From: a virus
Lineage: Duplodnaviria > Heunggongvirae > Uroviricota > Caudoviricetes
Strand: one strand, 5' to 3'
IMG/VR virus record: IMGVR_UViG_3300012347_000377
Location: 224,674-288,673 of that record
DNA length: 64,000 nt
A program made the translations under genes and the position numbers. Below are positions 56,731 through 64,000 of the stretch, one piece after another (the first letter of the stretch is position 1; every line of letters begins with the position of its first letter). Under the pieces are notes generated by a model. It had not been told where the DNA came from and ran no database searches. It worked only from the letters and a program-made list of their open reading frames with translations.

Positions 56731-57030
56731 ATGAGTTTTAAGAAATATAATAGGGGATTAATGATGAAAGCCAATGTTCCCCATATGGTTAAGTTACATC
56801 CTAAACAAATGGAATGGTTAGAATGGGTCTTTACTTCACATCCCGGTAGGAAGTTTTTGAATTGGTGTAATTTCAATGAGGATACACACGAGGCATTTAA
56901 GTGGATATGGATATGTGAGGAATACGATAAGGCAAATGATAGTGGAATCCTTAATGATATAGTAGGGTTGTATAAGGAATGGATGAGTGATAATAGACGA
57001 GAACAGAGGTTTAAAAAGATTACAGTATAG
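56731..57030 (+). CDS. 'Y..LN..R..Y' paralog family protein
   Basis: LHPKQMEWLEW; EYDKANDSGILNDIVGLY. Confidence 0.5.
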   Translation: MSFKKYNRGLMMKANVPHMVKLHPKQMEWLEWVFTSHPGRKFLNWCNFNEDTHEAFKWIWICEEYDKANDSGILNDIVGLYKEWMSDNRREQRFKKITV

Positions 57031-57031
57031 T

Positions 57032-57337
57032 ATGGATAAGAAAGATATTATTGAGATTGATTACGATAAGATGGGATTCTTATTAACGATGAAGAATTGG
57101 TTTACTAACATAGAGAATATAGAAGGTCCTTTTGTAGTGTGGAGTTCTACTACCTTCGGTTCGAAACATGCTGGGGATGTTTATACTACTTCTATCATAA
57201 AATATATAGAGGGTATTATAGATAGGGGTTGGTATAGTGATATAGAGAATAAAGATATTTTGAATTGGATGAGAGAGTTGTATATAGTTAATCATAAAAG
57301 ACCTCACATACATACTCCTCTTATTACTACTATATAG
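57032..57337 (+). CDS. 'Y..LN..R..Y' paralog family protein
   Basis: GWYSDIENKDILNWMRELY. Confidence 0.5.
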   Translation: MDKKDIIEIDYDKMGFLLTMKNWFTNIENIEGPFVVWSSTTFGSKHAGDVYTTSIIKYIEGIIDRGWYSDIENKDILNWMRELYIVNHKRPHIHTPLITTI

Positions 57338-57404
57338 TGAGTCATTAATAAGATTGGTGTTACGCAAAGGGTTGAAAACTTTAAAATAAAACTTTACGAC
57401 AATA

Positions 57405-57704
57405 ATGGAATACAAATATACAAAGGAACAAATGGATGGTATTGAGAAGATGTTGGAATGGTTTCATTCTAAATCTAAAATCGAATTCAAAGTCACCGAT
57501 GAGAGATGGGGAATGGGAAATGGAAACGATGGGGTTCTTATCAATACCACCGGTAAACAAATTGTGGAATGGATGACACGAAAGGTTACCGAATTGCAAT
57601 ACGACGAAAGGGAAAAAATACTATGGAACGCAATAAGGGAACTTTATATGGATAATCATAAAGATGAGAATCCGTATATGGTTACTCAAATAGTTCATAC
57701 ATAA
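57405..57704 (+). CDS. 'Y..LN..R..Y' paralog family protein
   Basis: YTKEQMDGIEKMLEW; QYDEREKILWNAIRELY. Confidence 0.5.
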   Translation: MEYKYTKEQMDGIEKMLEWFHSKSKIEFKVTDERWGMGNGNDGVLINTTGKQIVEWMTRKVTELQYDEREKILWNAIRELYMDNHKDENPYMVTQIVHT

Positions 57705-57705
57705 A

Positions 57706-57737
57706 TTTGGAAATGTGGATTTTTTTTACTATATTTG
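57706..57737 (+). promoter_or_regulatory. Bacteroidota primary-sigma promoter
   Basis: TTTG-N20-TATATTTG. Confidence 0.75.
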
Positions 57738-57741
57738 AATT

Positions 57742-57999
57742 ATGAAAGATTTGTTAGATATTCAAAAGAACTGGGTTGATTGGTTATTGAAAACCCATAA
57801 TGGTAGAGAGTGGTTGGATACGCATATCGATTCACCGACAAACATACAAAGATTACATAGAGTAACCATTCATAAACAATATGATAGTGTGAGTGAGTTT
57901 TTACTTAATTACTTATTGGGAGCATTCAATAGGGATGCGGATATTAAATCTAAATGGGTAAATGATATGAGTGAAGGTAAATTAATCCGTAGAAGGTAA
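57742..57999 (+). CDS. 'Y..LN..R..Y' paralog family protein
   Basis: LLDIQKNWVDW; QYDSVSEFLLNYL. Confidence 0.45.
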   Translation: MKDLLDIQKNWVDWLLKTHNGREWLDTHIDSPTNIQRLHRVTIHKQYDSVSEFLLNYLLGAFNRDADIKSKWVNDMSEGKLIRRR

Positions 58000-58030
58000 A
58001 AAACGTTTTTAACGACTGAATTAAAAGTAG

Positions 58031-58306
58031 ATGTATATACTGACTAATGATAGAAGAGAAGGACTTGATTGGTTACGTGGATTTGTGATAAATAAACCAT
58101 TGTATTGGCATCTCGCGTTTATTATCTCAAGGAATTCACCGAATCATGTGGGTGGGATAAAAAAAGAATCACAAACCAGAAATGAGGTATTGACAATGAT
58201 TGATACTATTTTACAAGTCGGTTCATATAGTGAGTGGGAAAGATTAAGATTGAATCGATTACGAACCTTATGTCTTATGAATGATAAAACTAATATTAAA
58301 ATATAA
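58031..58306 (+). CDS. 'Y..LN..R..Y' paralog family protein
   Basis: LTNDRREGLDW; GSYSEWERLRLNRLRTL. Confidence 0.5.
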   Translation: MYILTNDRREGLDWLRGFVINKPLYWHLAFIISRNSPNHVGGIKKESQTRNEVLTMIDTILQVGSYSEWERLRLNRLRTLCLMNDKTNIKI

Positions 58307-58310
58307 AACT

Positions 58311-58487
58311 ATGAATTTAAGTGAATTGAAAAAGGAAGTTTTGAAAATGATTGATATGCATCCCAAACATACCGAAGAGTTAAGGGAGTTGTATTTCCTT
58401 GCCCTAAGTGAGGTTGAGGATGGTGGTTCAGAACCCCACGAGTGTGAACTTGCATATAGTGATATGGAAGAGGTAATAAAAGGGTAA
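58311..58487 (+). CDS. Small acidic hypothetical protein
   Basis: HPKHTEEL...EVEDGGSEPHE. Confidence 0.5.
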   Translation: MNLSELKKEVLKMIDMHPKHTEELRELYFLALSEVEDGGSEPHECELAYSDMEEVIKG

Positions 58488-58492
58488 AAAGA

Positions 58493-58524
58493 TTTGGAAA
58501 TGTGAAAATATTTTCGTATATTTA
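58493..58524 (+). promoter_or_regulatory. Host-type promoter variant
   Basis: TTTG-N20-TATATTTA. Confidence 0.65.
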
Positions 58525-58561
58525 CAAAGTAAAAAAAGATAAACATTAAAATTTAAAAGCA

Positions 58562-59119
58562 ATGAGTTTATACAATATGTTATTTGGAACGAATCCAGCA
58601 TCTTCATTCTTAATGGGGTCTATGGGATTTGATGGAACACCACCACAAGATTTCTTTGAACGATTAGAAAAGTTCGATGAAAGTGGATATGGTGAGTATG
58701 ATTTATATAGTAATGAAGCTAAAGCTTTATTACAAGAAGCAGTAGATTCTAAATTCTATCCAACTGGTAGATTTAGAGATATTTACTTTGAGAACGAAGA
58801 AGGTGGAATTCCAAAGGTAGTTCTTTACACTCGTAATGGTGGTGGTAATAGAGAAGCATATGAGTATGTGTTTGAACTATTATCCCAACATCCATTGTAT
58901 CTAACTGATTACGATGATGATTTTGATTGCACTTATGCATACATCGAATTCAAAGCTCCACAAAACGTAATTGATTTCTTCGAAGATGTTAAGGGTGAGA
59001 GATTCGAAAGAGTTGGTGAGAGATTTCAAACCGAAATCACTGCGTTGGATAATGGTAAAGAATTAAATCCACAACTTAAAAAGTTTATGGAAGGGTTTGT
59101 AGAAGCATTAAATAAATAA
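58562..59119 (+). CDS. Hypothetical phage protein
   Basis: MSLYNMLFG; GRFRD; YTRNGGGNR; DDFDCTYA. Confidence 0.55.
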   Translation: MSLYNMLFGTNPASSFLMGSMGFDGTPPQDFFERLEKFDESGYGEYDLYSNEAKALLQEAVDSKFYPTGRFRDIYFENEEGGIPKVVLYTRNGGGNREAYEYVFELLSQHPLYLTDYDDDFDCTYAYIEFKAPQNVIDFFEDVKGERFERVGERFQTEITALDNGKELNPQLKKFMEGFVEALNK

Positions 59120-59120
59120 G

Positions 59121-59453
59121 ATGGATAAGGTAATATACAATATCGGTTATAACGGTCTAAGTAATTCGGGTGTTCTGTCGTGGTATCCCGAATCATTTGA
59201 TTGCACATTTTCAGAATTTGCTGAAGGACTTAGAGAACAAGAAACCATTGAAGAATTTTTTCAATTTGCAAAAGATTGTCATGTTCCACCATCAATGATG
59301 TTATTACTCATTCGTATTGAAGATGAAACTAATTATTGGGAATATACGATTAAGATGATTAATATTAGAGAGTATAGACAACATTGGGAGAAGGTATATG
59401 ATAAGACTTGGAAAGAGCCAATTCCATTAGTTCCACTTATAGATGTTAAATAA
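59121..59453 (+). CDS. Hypothetical protein
   Basis: ORF. Confidence 0.45.
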   Translation: MDKVIYNIGYNGLSNSGVLSWYPESFDCTFSEFAEGLREQETIEEFFQFAKDCHVPPSMMLLLIRIEDETNYWEYTIKMINIREYRQHWEKVYDKTWKEPIPLVPLIDVK

Positions 59454-59457
59454 AGAT

Positions 59458-59607
59458 ATGAAATTAGAAAAATTAAATAAAGATGATTTGTGGGTATGGA
59501 TTACATATGGTGTGATGAGTATATCGATATGTGTCCTAATGTATGAAGTAATTACTCTTAAAGAAGAGATTAAGACGTTAAAAGAAATTAGAATTAAAAG
59601 TAAATAA
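59458..59607 (+). CDS. 49-aa single-TM protein (not in track)
   Basis: MKLEKLNKDDLWVWITYGVMSISICVLMYEV... Confidence 0.45.
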   Translation: MKLEKLNKDDLWVWITYGVMSISICVLMYEVITLKEEIKTLKEIRIKSK

Positions 59608-59610
59608 GAT

Positions 59611-59673
59611 ATGTTAGTAGGATTAATAGAATCGATTACAAAGTTATTAATAATACTATTCAAAAAGAAATAA
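59611..59673 (+). CDS. 20-aa amphipathic micro-peptide
   Basis: MLVGLIESITKLLIILFKKK; paralog at 60352. Confidence 0.5.
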   Translation: MLVGLIESITKLLIILFKKK

Positions 59674-59674
59674 A

Positions 59675-59998
59675 ATGAATAAGCAAACAATAGAATATTA
59701 CGATTGGTTCGATATTCAAAAAGAAATCTGTAAAGAGATGGACATTGAAGAACAATACTTCAGAGATTACCATAAATTAGTTGGTGGTGAGTATAAAGAT
59801 TTATGGCATATTTGGTTGGAGTATTTTGAGTCCGTTCCAAATAATGATACTATTGTCTTTAATGATTTGGGTGAGGAAATGTCCAGTAAAATAGAATGGA
59901 TAACAATAAAGGGCGATGTTTGGACAAGTCCATTCGTTGAAGCCGTTTATAAGGTTTGGGATGAATTTGAAATTGAATATATTAAATATAGTTGGTAA
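59675..59998 (+). CDS. Hypothetical protein
   Basis: ORF. Confidence 0.5.
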   Translation: MNKQTIEYYDWFDIQKEICKEMDIEEQYFRDYHKLVGGEYKDLWHIWLEYFESVPNNDTIVFNDLGEEMSSKIEWITIKGDVWTSPFVEAVYKVWDEFEIEYIKYSW

Positions 59999-60348
59999 TG
60001 GAAGAAACACTTGAAGAAGTTGAAAAACTTGCGTTTAAAAAAAGAGATGAATTAGGTCTAAAAGGAACTATTGATGGTTTTATTGCCGGTTATAAACTCG
60101 CAAAAGAACAAGACAAGAAAATGTATAGTGAGGAAGAAACACTTGAATATGGAATACTACAACATATTAAAACTTGTCTTCAATGTAATAATGAATCACA
60201 AGCTATAAGATTGCTTGAGAAGTATGGTTTTGAAAAACAAGAGGAAAGATATAGTGAGGAAGAAGTTATGGATATGTTTCATAATCTTAGTATGCATCTC
60301 CCCTTACATTATGAATTTTTAGTTAAAGAACAATTTAAAAAGAAATAA
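59998..60348 (+). CDS. Protein with internal (M/R)YSEEE repeats
   Basis: KMYSEEETLE and ERYSEEEVMD; ends EQFKKK. Confidence 0.55.
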   Translation: MEETLEEVEKLAFKKRDELGLKGTIDGFIAGYKLAKEQDKKMYSEEETLEYGILQHIKTCLQCNNESQAIRLLEKYGFEKQEERYSEEEVMDMFHNLSMHLPLHYEFLVKEQFKKK

Positions 60349-60351
60349 GAT

Positions 60352-60435
60352 ATGTTAGTAGGGGTATTTGATTTAATTTGGTTAATAATAGAATCAACTG
60401 CAAAGTTACTAATAAAACTATTCAAAAAGAAATAA
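60352..60435 (+). CDS. 27-aa amphipathic micro-peptide
   Basis: MLVGVFDLIWLIIESTAKLLIKLFKKK. Confidence 0.5.
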   Translation: MLVGVFDLIWLIIESTAKLLIKLFKKK

Positions 60436-60438
60436 GAT

Positions 60439-60639
60439 ATGAAGTTAGGATTATTTGATCTGTTTGACCAAATGGTAGCAGAAGAGTTAGGTGTGGATGT
60501 AGAAACTTACATCAAAACAATAGAATCTGATAATGTATCGGATGAAGAACAAAAAGAAATCATTATGGGAATGTTAGGTGATGATGTAGAAACCTTTCAA
60601 AAATCAAAAGAACTATTCGAGTCAAAATTAAATAAATAG
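60439..60639 (+). CDS. Small acidic hypothetical protein
   Basis: ORF. Confidence 0.45.
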   Translation: MKLGLFDLFDQMVAEELGVDVETYIKTIESDNVSDEEQKEIIMGMLGDDVETFQKSKELFESKLNK

Positions 60640-60641
60640 TA

Positions 60642-61226
60642 ATGGAAGAGAAAGATGATTTATATAAACAATTCGTAGAAAAGGGATTGCGTGGAATGAT
60701 TACTAATTCGTCCTATGGTTCTATGATTTCCGCAATCAAAGATTTACAAGATGAGATGGATAGATACTCTACTCCATCATCCCATTCGTTTGATGATACT
60801 CTTAACGAAAAGGTTTTGACCGATGAGTATATAGAATCATTGGTAGATAAGTTTTATTCATCTGGTAATCTATCCACTACAACTAATCCTACACCTAAGA
60901 CTAAACTAAAAACCTTTTATACTTTAACGCAAGATATGGGTTATTTCGTTTATTGGTTAATGATGAATTATTCTTATATTGAAGAGAATGGGTATTCATC
61001 CCAAAATTGGAGAATCACCAATAACATATTTACTACGTGGGGTAAGACTATTATCTACGAAGGTAAGTATAATGAAACGGATAGAGATTTCTTAAATCAT
61101 GTTAAAAGTTGGTTAAACGAAAACAATTGGGTATATAAGAAACCGGAATTAAATGAACACAACGACTTTTATGAACGGATACAATCCCTATCTAACTCAG
61201 CAAAACCATCCAAACAACTTATATAA
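60642..61226 (+). CDS. Protein containing the 'Y..LN' family domain
   Basis: LTQDMGYFVYW; GKYNETDRDFLNHVKSWL. Confidence 0.45.
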   Translation: MEEKDDLYKQFVEKGLRGMITNSSYGSMISAIKDLQDEMDRYSTPSSHSFDDTLNEKVLTDEYIESLVDKFYSSGNLSTTTNPTPKTKLKTFYTLTQDMGYFVYWLMMNYSYIEENGYSSQNWRITNNIFTTWGKTIIYEGKYNETDRDFLNHVKSWLNENNWVYKKPELNEHNDFYERIQSLSNSAKPSKQLI

Positions 61227-61230
61227 TTAA

Positions 61231-61560
61231 ATGTATCCCTTAACAAAAGAACAAAAACAATTCCTAAGTTGGTTAAATCGTAATTACGAGTGGCTAAAAT
61301 CCAGAGGGTTCAACGCAGAACCACAACCCTTTCAACATACCATACATCGTATTATGGTCGATGGGATGTACTCCAATACAGATAAGAACACAATCTTAAA
61401 AACTATTAAATTCATTAATGGTATGGGATTAACTACCTACCATAAGGAATGGACATGGGATAAGTATAATGCAGATTTAGATTGGCTTATCAACGTAAAG
61501 GTAGATACTAATTTCCGTTGTGGAGAAACACTTACCAAACTATGGGGACAACACTTATAA
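61231..61560 (+). CDS. 'Y..LN' paralog family protein
   Basis: LTKEQKQFLSW; GMYSNTDKNTIL. Confidence 0.45.
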   Translation: MYPLTKEQKQFLSWLNRNYEWLKSRGFNAEPQPFQHTIHRIMVDGMYSNTDKNTILKTIKFINGMGLTTYHKEWTWDKYNADLDWLINVKVDTNFRCGETLTKLWGQHL

Positions 61561-61937
61561 TGAAATACTTTACAAGAAAACTAATCCAACCTACGGATTT
61601 AAATAGTAGGGGAACTTTATTCGGTGGCCAACTTCTTAAATGGATTGATGAAGAGGCTGCAATCTTTGCAATCTGTCAATTATCACGGCCGGAAGAAACC
61701 TACCCCCCTCTCATTGTGACCAAACTTATATCGGAGGTAAACTTTTTAAAACCTGTCTTCAACGGAGATATTATCGAGATTGGGTGTGAGTTAAAGGAAT
61801 TTGGTAAAACTTCTATTACTATCGGATGTGTGGTTCGGAATAAGAGGACAAGGGATATGATTGTAAAGATTGAAAACATGGTCTTTGTTATGGTAGATAG
61901 TGAAGGGAAGCCTAAAGTGCATGGGTTTAGCAAATAA
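61560..61937 (+). CDS. Acyl-CoA thioesterase (hotdog fold, YciA-like)
   Basis: DLNSRGTLFGGQLLKWIDEEA; VNFLKP; FGKTSI. Confidence 0.88.
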   Translation: MKYFTRKLIQPTDLNSRGTLFGGQLLKWIDEEAAIFAICQLSRPEETYPPLIVTKLISEVNFLKPVFNGDIIEIGCELKEFGKTSITIGCVVRNKRTRDMIVKIENMVFVMVDSEGKPKVHGFSK

Positions 61938-62001
61938 CTATCAATAGAAAGAGGGGAAAGAAAAAGAAGCGACAAATGAAAAAATTAAAAAATCGACCAC
62001 T

Positions 62002-62571
62002 ATGAATAGAGAACAATATCTGATGAATCAATTTCCAACCAAAGATGGTATGACTTATATCCAATCTCTTGATATGTTTAATGGGAAGCCCAAAGCGATG
62101 AATCACGATGATACGATTGATAGAAAAGTTGGTAAAGAGTTCTTAGAAGAAAGAGGATGGTATGGTATTGAATTCGGTGGTAAATATGATTTGGATTTAA
62201 TGGTGCCCCAATTCCAACGTGGATGTGATGTTGAAATGAATAATTACAATCATTACGAACGATTTCGATTAGAACGTAATTTTAGAATCCCTGCACGGAA
62301 GCAAAAATATTGGTTAGATAGTGGAAGTAGGTATGATGATTGGAAAGTAGATTATATTCAATTTAGTAATAACAATACAGATGAACTACTTTGGTATTCG
62401 TGGAAAACAATAGAACCTTATGTGAATAATACAATCATCATTGATGCATTAAAAAAGTGTGGATATACCGATACACAGGCTACATTCATAGCGATACCAT
62501 TTGATATAGGTAAAGATACTATTCAACATTGGAAACTGATAGGTGGGGTATGGACTAAACTATCTCATTAA
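62002..62571 (+). CDS. Putative PD-(D/E)XK-fold nuclease-like protein
   Basis: KYDLDL...CDVEM...FRIPARKQKY. Confidence 0.35.
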   Translation: MNREQYLMNQFPTKDGMTYIQSLDMFNGKPKAMNHDDTIDRKVGKEFLEERGWYGIEFGGKYDLDLMVPQFQRGCDVEMNNYNHYERFRLERNFRIPARKQKYWLDSGSRYDDWKVDYIQFSNNNTDELLWYSWKTIEPYVNNTIIIDALKKCGYTDTQATFIAIPFDIGKDTIQHWKLIGGVWTKLSH

Positions 62572-62589
62572 AAAATAATCTAAATTTTA

Positions 62590-62630
62590 TTTGGATATGT
62601 GGAAATAATATTGTATATTAGCTTTATAAA
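62590..62630 (+). promoter_or_regulatory. Early-type promoter, TTAGCT class
   Basis: TTTG-N20-TATATTAGCTTTATAA. Confidence 0.8.
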
Positions 62631-62648
62631 CGTTAAAAGTTAAAAGAT

Positions 62649-62837
62649 ATGATAGACAAGATTAAATCCAAATTACTTATGTATCTGTTCAATGATTGGT
62701 TGAAATCAGAAACAGATGTTGAAACTCTTCAACTTACAAAGAAACTCATAACAATTACCGAATCTAAACTAACCGGTGAGGAATTATCTGATGGTAGAAC
62801 TGTCATTGTTGGATTCCGTAATTCAAACATTCAATAG
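62649..62837 (+). CDS. Hypothetical protein
   Basis: Lies behind a promoter. Confidence 0.5.
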   Translation: MIDKIKSKLLMYLFNDWLKSETDVETLQLTKKLITITESKLTGEELSDGRTVIVGFRNSNIQ

Positions 62838-62839
62838 TT

Positions 62840-63142
62840 GTGGGTAAATACAAAAAAATTGTTAAGGAATGGAAAGATGCTTCAAAGTATGAAGTGTTTG
62901 AAGGATTAAGAGATAATTTTATCTTTGGATTCTTAGGTGCAATGTTGGTGGTGTTTATCGCAACCCGAACTGATATTGCAGTATTCATTGGTTATTTAGT
63001 TTATTACTTCTTTATGGGTAAGATTGTAAATAGACCAAAATATATTACCGATTTTGGACAACTCATTGTGTTTCCAATCCCATCTGCATTAGGTGCATTT
63101 ACTGGTTATAAATTATCTTATCTAATATTACATTTAATTTAA
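62840..63142 (+). CDS. Membrane protein
   Basis: Three hydrophobic segments. Confidence 0.5.
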   Translation: MGKYKKIVKEWKDASKYEVFEGLRDNFIFGFLGAMLVVFIATRTDIAVFIGYLVYYFFMGKIVNRPKYITDFGQLIVFPIPSALGAFTGYKLSYLILHLI

Positions 63143-63145
63143 GTT

Positions 63146-63337
63146 ATGATGGGTATTCCAATTGAAACATTAAGAGAATTATTCATTAGCTATCAATCTC
63201 AATTTTATAATGAAAATGAGATGTATGATTTAATAGCACAATCAGATCAGAATAGAGCAATTATTGCAGGAAGTTATGATGAATTTATAATGGAAAATTT
63301 TACAATTAAAAATGGTGGATTAGCCAAAAAGAAATAA
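63146..63337 (+). CDS. Hypothetical protein
   Basis: ORF. Confidence 0.4.
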   Translation: MMGIPIETLRELFISYQSQFYNENEMYDLIAQSDQNRAIIAGSYDEFIMENFTIKNGGLAKKK

Positions 63338-63340
63338 GTT

Positions 63341-63946
63341 ATGATAAACAATTTAAAATTAATTAAACCATTACTTAACTTTGAAAACAAAGGTGATTTT
63401 TATATGCTCTATGTCTTTAAACGTAAGAAAGACCAACCAGAAAGTGAGAGAGATAATCACCAATCAGTAAGAACAATTAAAACTTATTGTATTGAGAGTA
63501 TCGACCATTTGGAACGTAGATATGATGAGATTATTCAATTGTGTGAAATGTTCAAAGCAAGAGCATATATTCATGTACAAAAACAAAATCAGTTTGATGT
63601 GAGTTTGAATATGATGGTTGCACTCGCACAACGAATACAAGATGGAAATCATAATCAAAAAGGGTTATTCGATTCAGTTGTTGGTCAAATCAAAACTCAA
63701 GAGAAAAGATGGATTGTAGATATTGATGTTAAGGATTTTGATTATGTAACTGAATTAGCAGATTACATCGATAGTTTAAGACCTGAGGGTGAAAAAATTG
63801 AAGCAGTTATTCCAACTAAGAGTGGAGTTCATCTAATCACTAAAAGATTTGATGTTAAAACATTTAGTGAAAAATATTCTGACATTGATATTCAAAAAAA
63901 GAATCCAACTTTATTATATTACCCAAAAAGTTTACAAAATAATTAG
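63341..63946 (+). CDS. AEP/Prim-Pol-like catalytic-motif protein
   Basis: RWIVDID (hhhDxD) and IPTKSGVHLI (sxH). Confidence 0.45.
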   Translation: MINNLKLIKPLLNFENKGDFYMLYVFKRKKDQPESERDNHQSVRTIKTYCIESIDHLERRYDEIIQLCEMFKARAYIHVQKQNQFDVSLNMMVALAQRIQDGNHNQKGLFDSVVGQIKTQEKRWIVDIDVKDFDYVTELADYIDSLRPEGEKIEAVIPTKSGVHLITKRFDVKTFSEKYSDIDIQKKNPTLLYYPKSLQNN

Positions 63947-63974
63947 GATATATCAATTTTTTTTCGTATGTTTG
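63943..63974 (+). promoter_or_regulatory. Host-type promoter
   Basis: TTAG-N20-TATGTTTG. Confidence 0.7.
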
Positions 63975-64000
63975 TTATATGAAAGATTACTCACAATTTA

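Noticed and set aside
5499-63658. All minus-strand ORFs in the track (e.g. 8657, 10495, 10727, 27788, 38151, 51520, 57083)
   Set aside because: They are antisense shadows of + strand genes with low-complexity or F/L/I-rich translations. The apparent 51.5-52.1 kb gap is filled by four short + strand ORFs.
1-64000. Bacterial chromosome or LPS locus; stop-codon recoding; tRNA/rRNA genes
   Set aside because: Single-strand dense small ORFs, an endolysin and phage-type promoters indicate a phage. Genes ending in TAG/TGA abut the next gene normally and known families are not fragmented. No cloverleaf or rRNA motifs were recognised by eye, but tRNAscan/Infernal were not run.

Overview
AT-rich (roughly 30% GC by eye), densely coded 64-kb segment in which essentially all real genes lie on the + strand. 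It is best read as part of a large lytic (jumbo-type) tailed phage infecting Bacteroidota, probably Flavobacteria-like. Evidence: 19 copies of the Bacteroidota -33/-7 promoter architecture (TTTG-N20-TAnnTTTG and variants), Bacteroidota-type auxiliary genes (DUF4494, AhpC-Trx pair, TIGR03643, T9SS-CTD-like domains), a PG-binding + GH19 endolysin, a MoxR-AAA/VWA pair, and no contiguous host housekeeping operons. Main blocks: (i) glycosyltransferases (1-2.4 kb); (ii) a 9-kb cluster of signal-peptide-bearing envelope proteins wrapped around the lysis genes, including two cohesin/dockerin-like proteins (one with a C-type lectin), two T9SS-CTD-like lipoproteins, CsgG-like protein(s) and a stalked beta-barrel-like protein (2.5-11.6 kb); (iii) unrelated proteins sharing an N-terminal 'MIKLxxLLxE' leader and internal xNE sites, suggesting head-packaged, prohead-protease-processed cargo (13-21 kb); (iv) a dispersed glycan-tailoring toolkit: nine SGNH paralogs, a sulfotransferase/APS kinase/nucleotidyltransferase cassette, amidinotransferase, DegT-like, HldE-kinase, cupin, 2OG oxygenase and GT8; (v) redox and nucleotide-salvage genes; (vi) a ~1.2-kb largely non-coding region with iteron-like repeats and palindromes, followed by a dense battery of early-type promoters and small early genes, including a nine-member paralog family. 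All functional calls come from motif recognition by eye; no searches were run.
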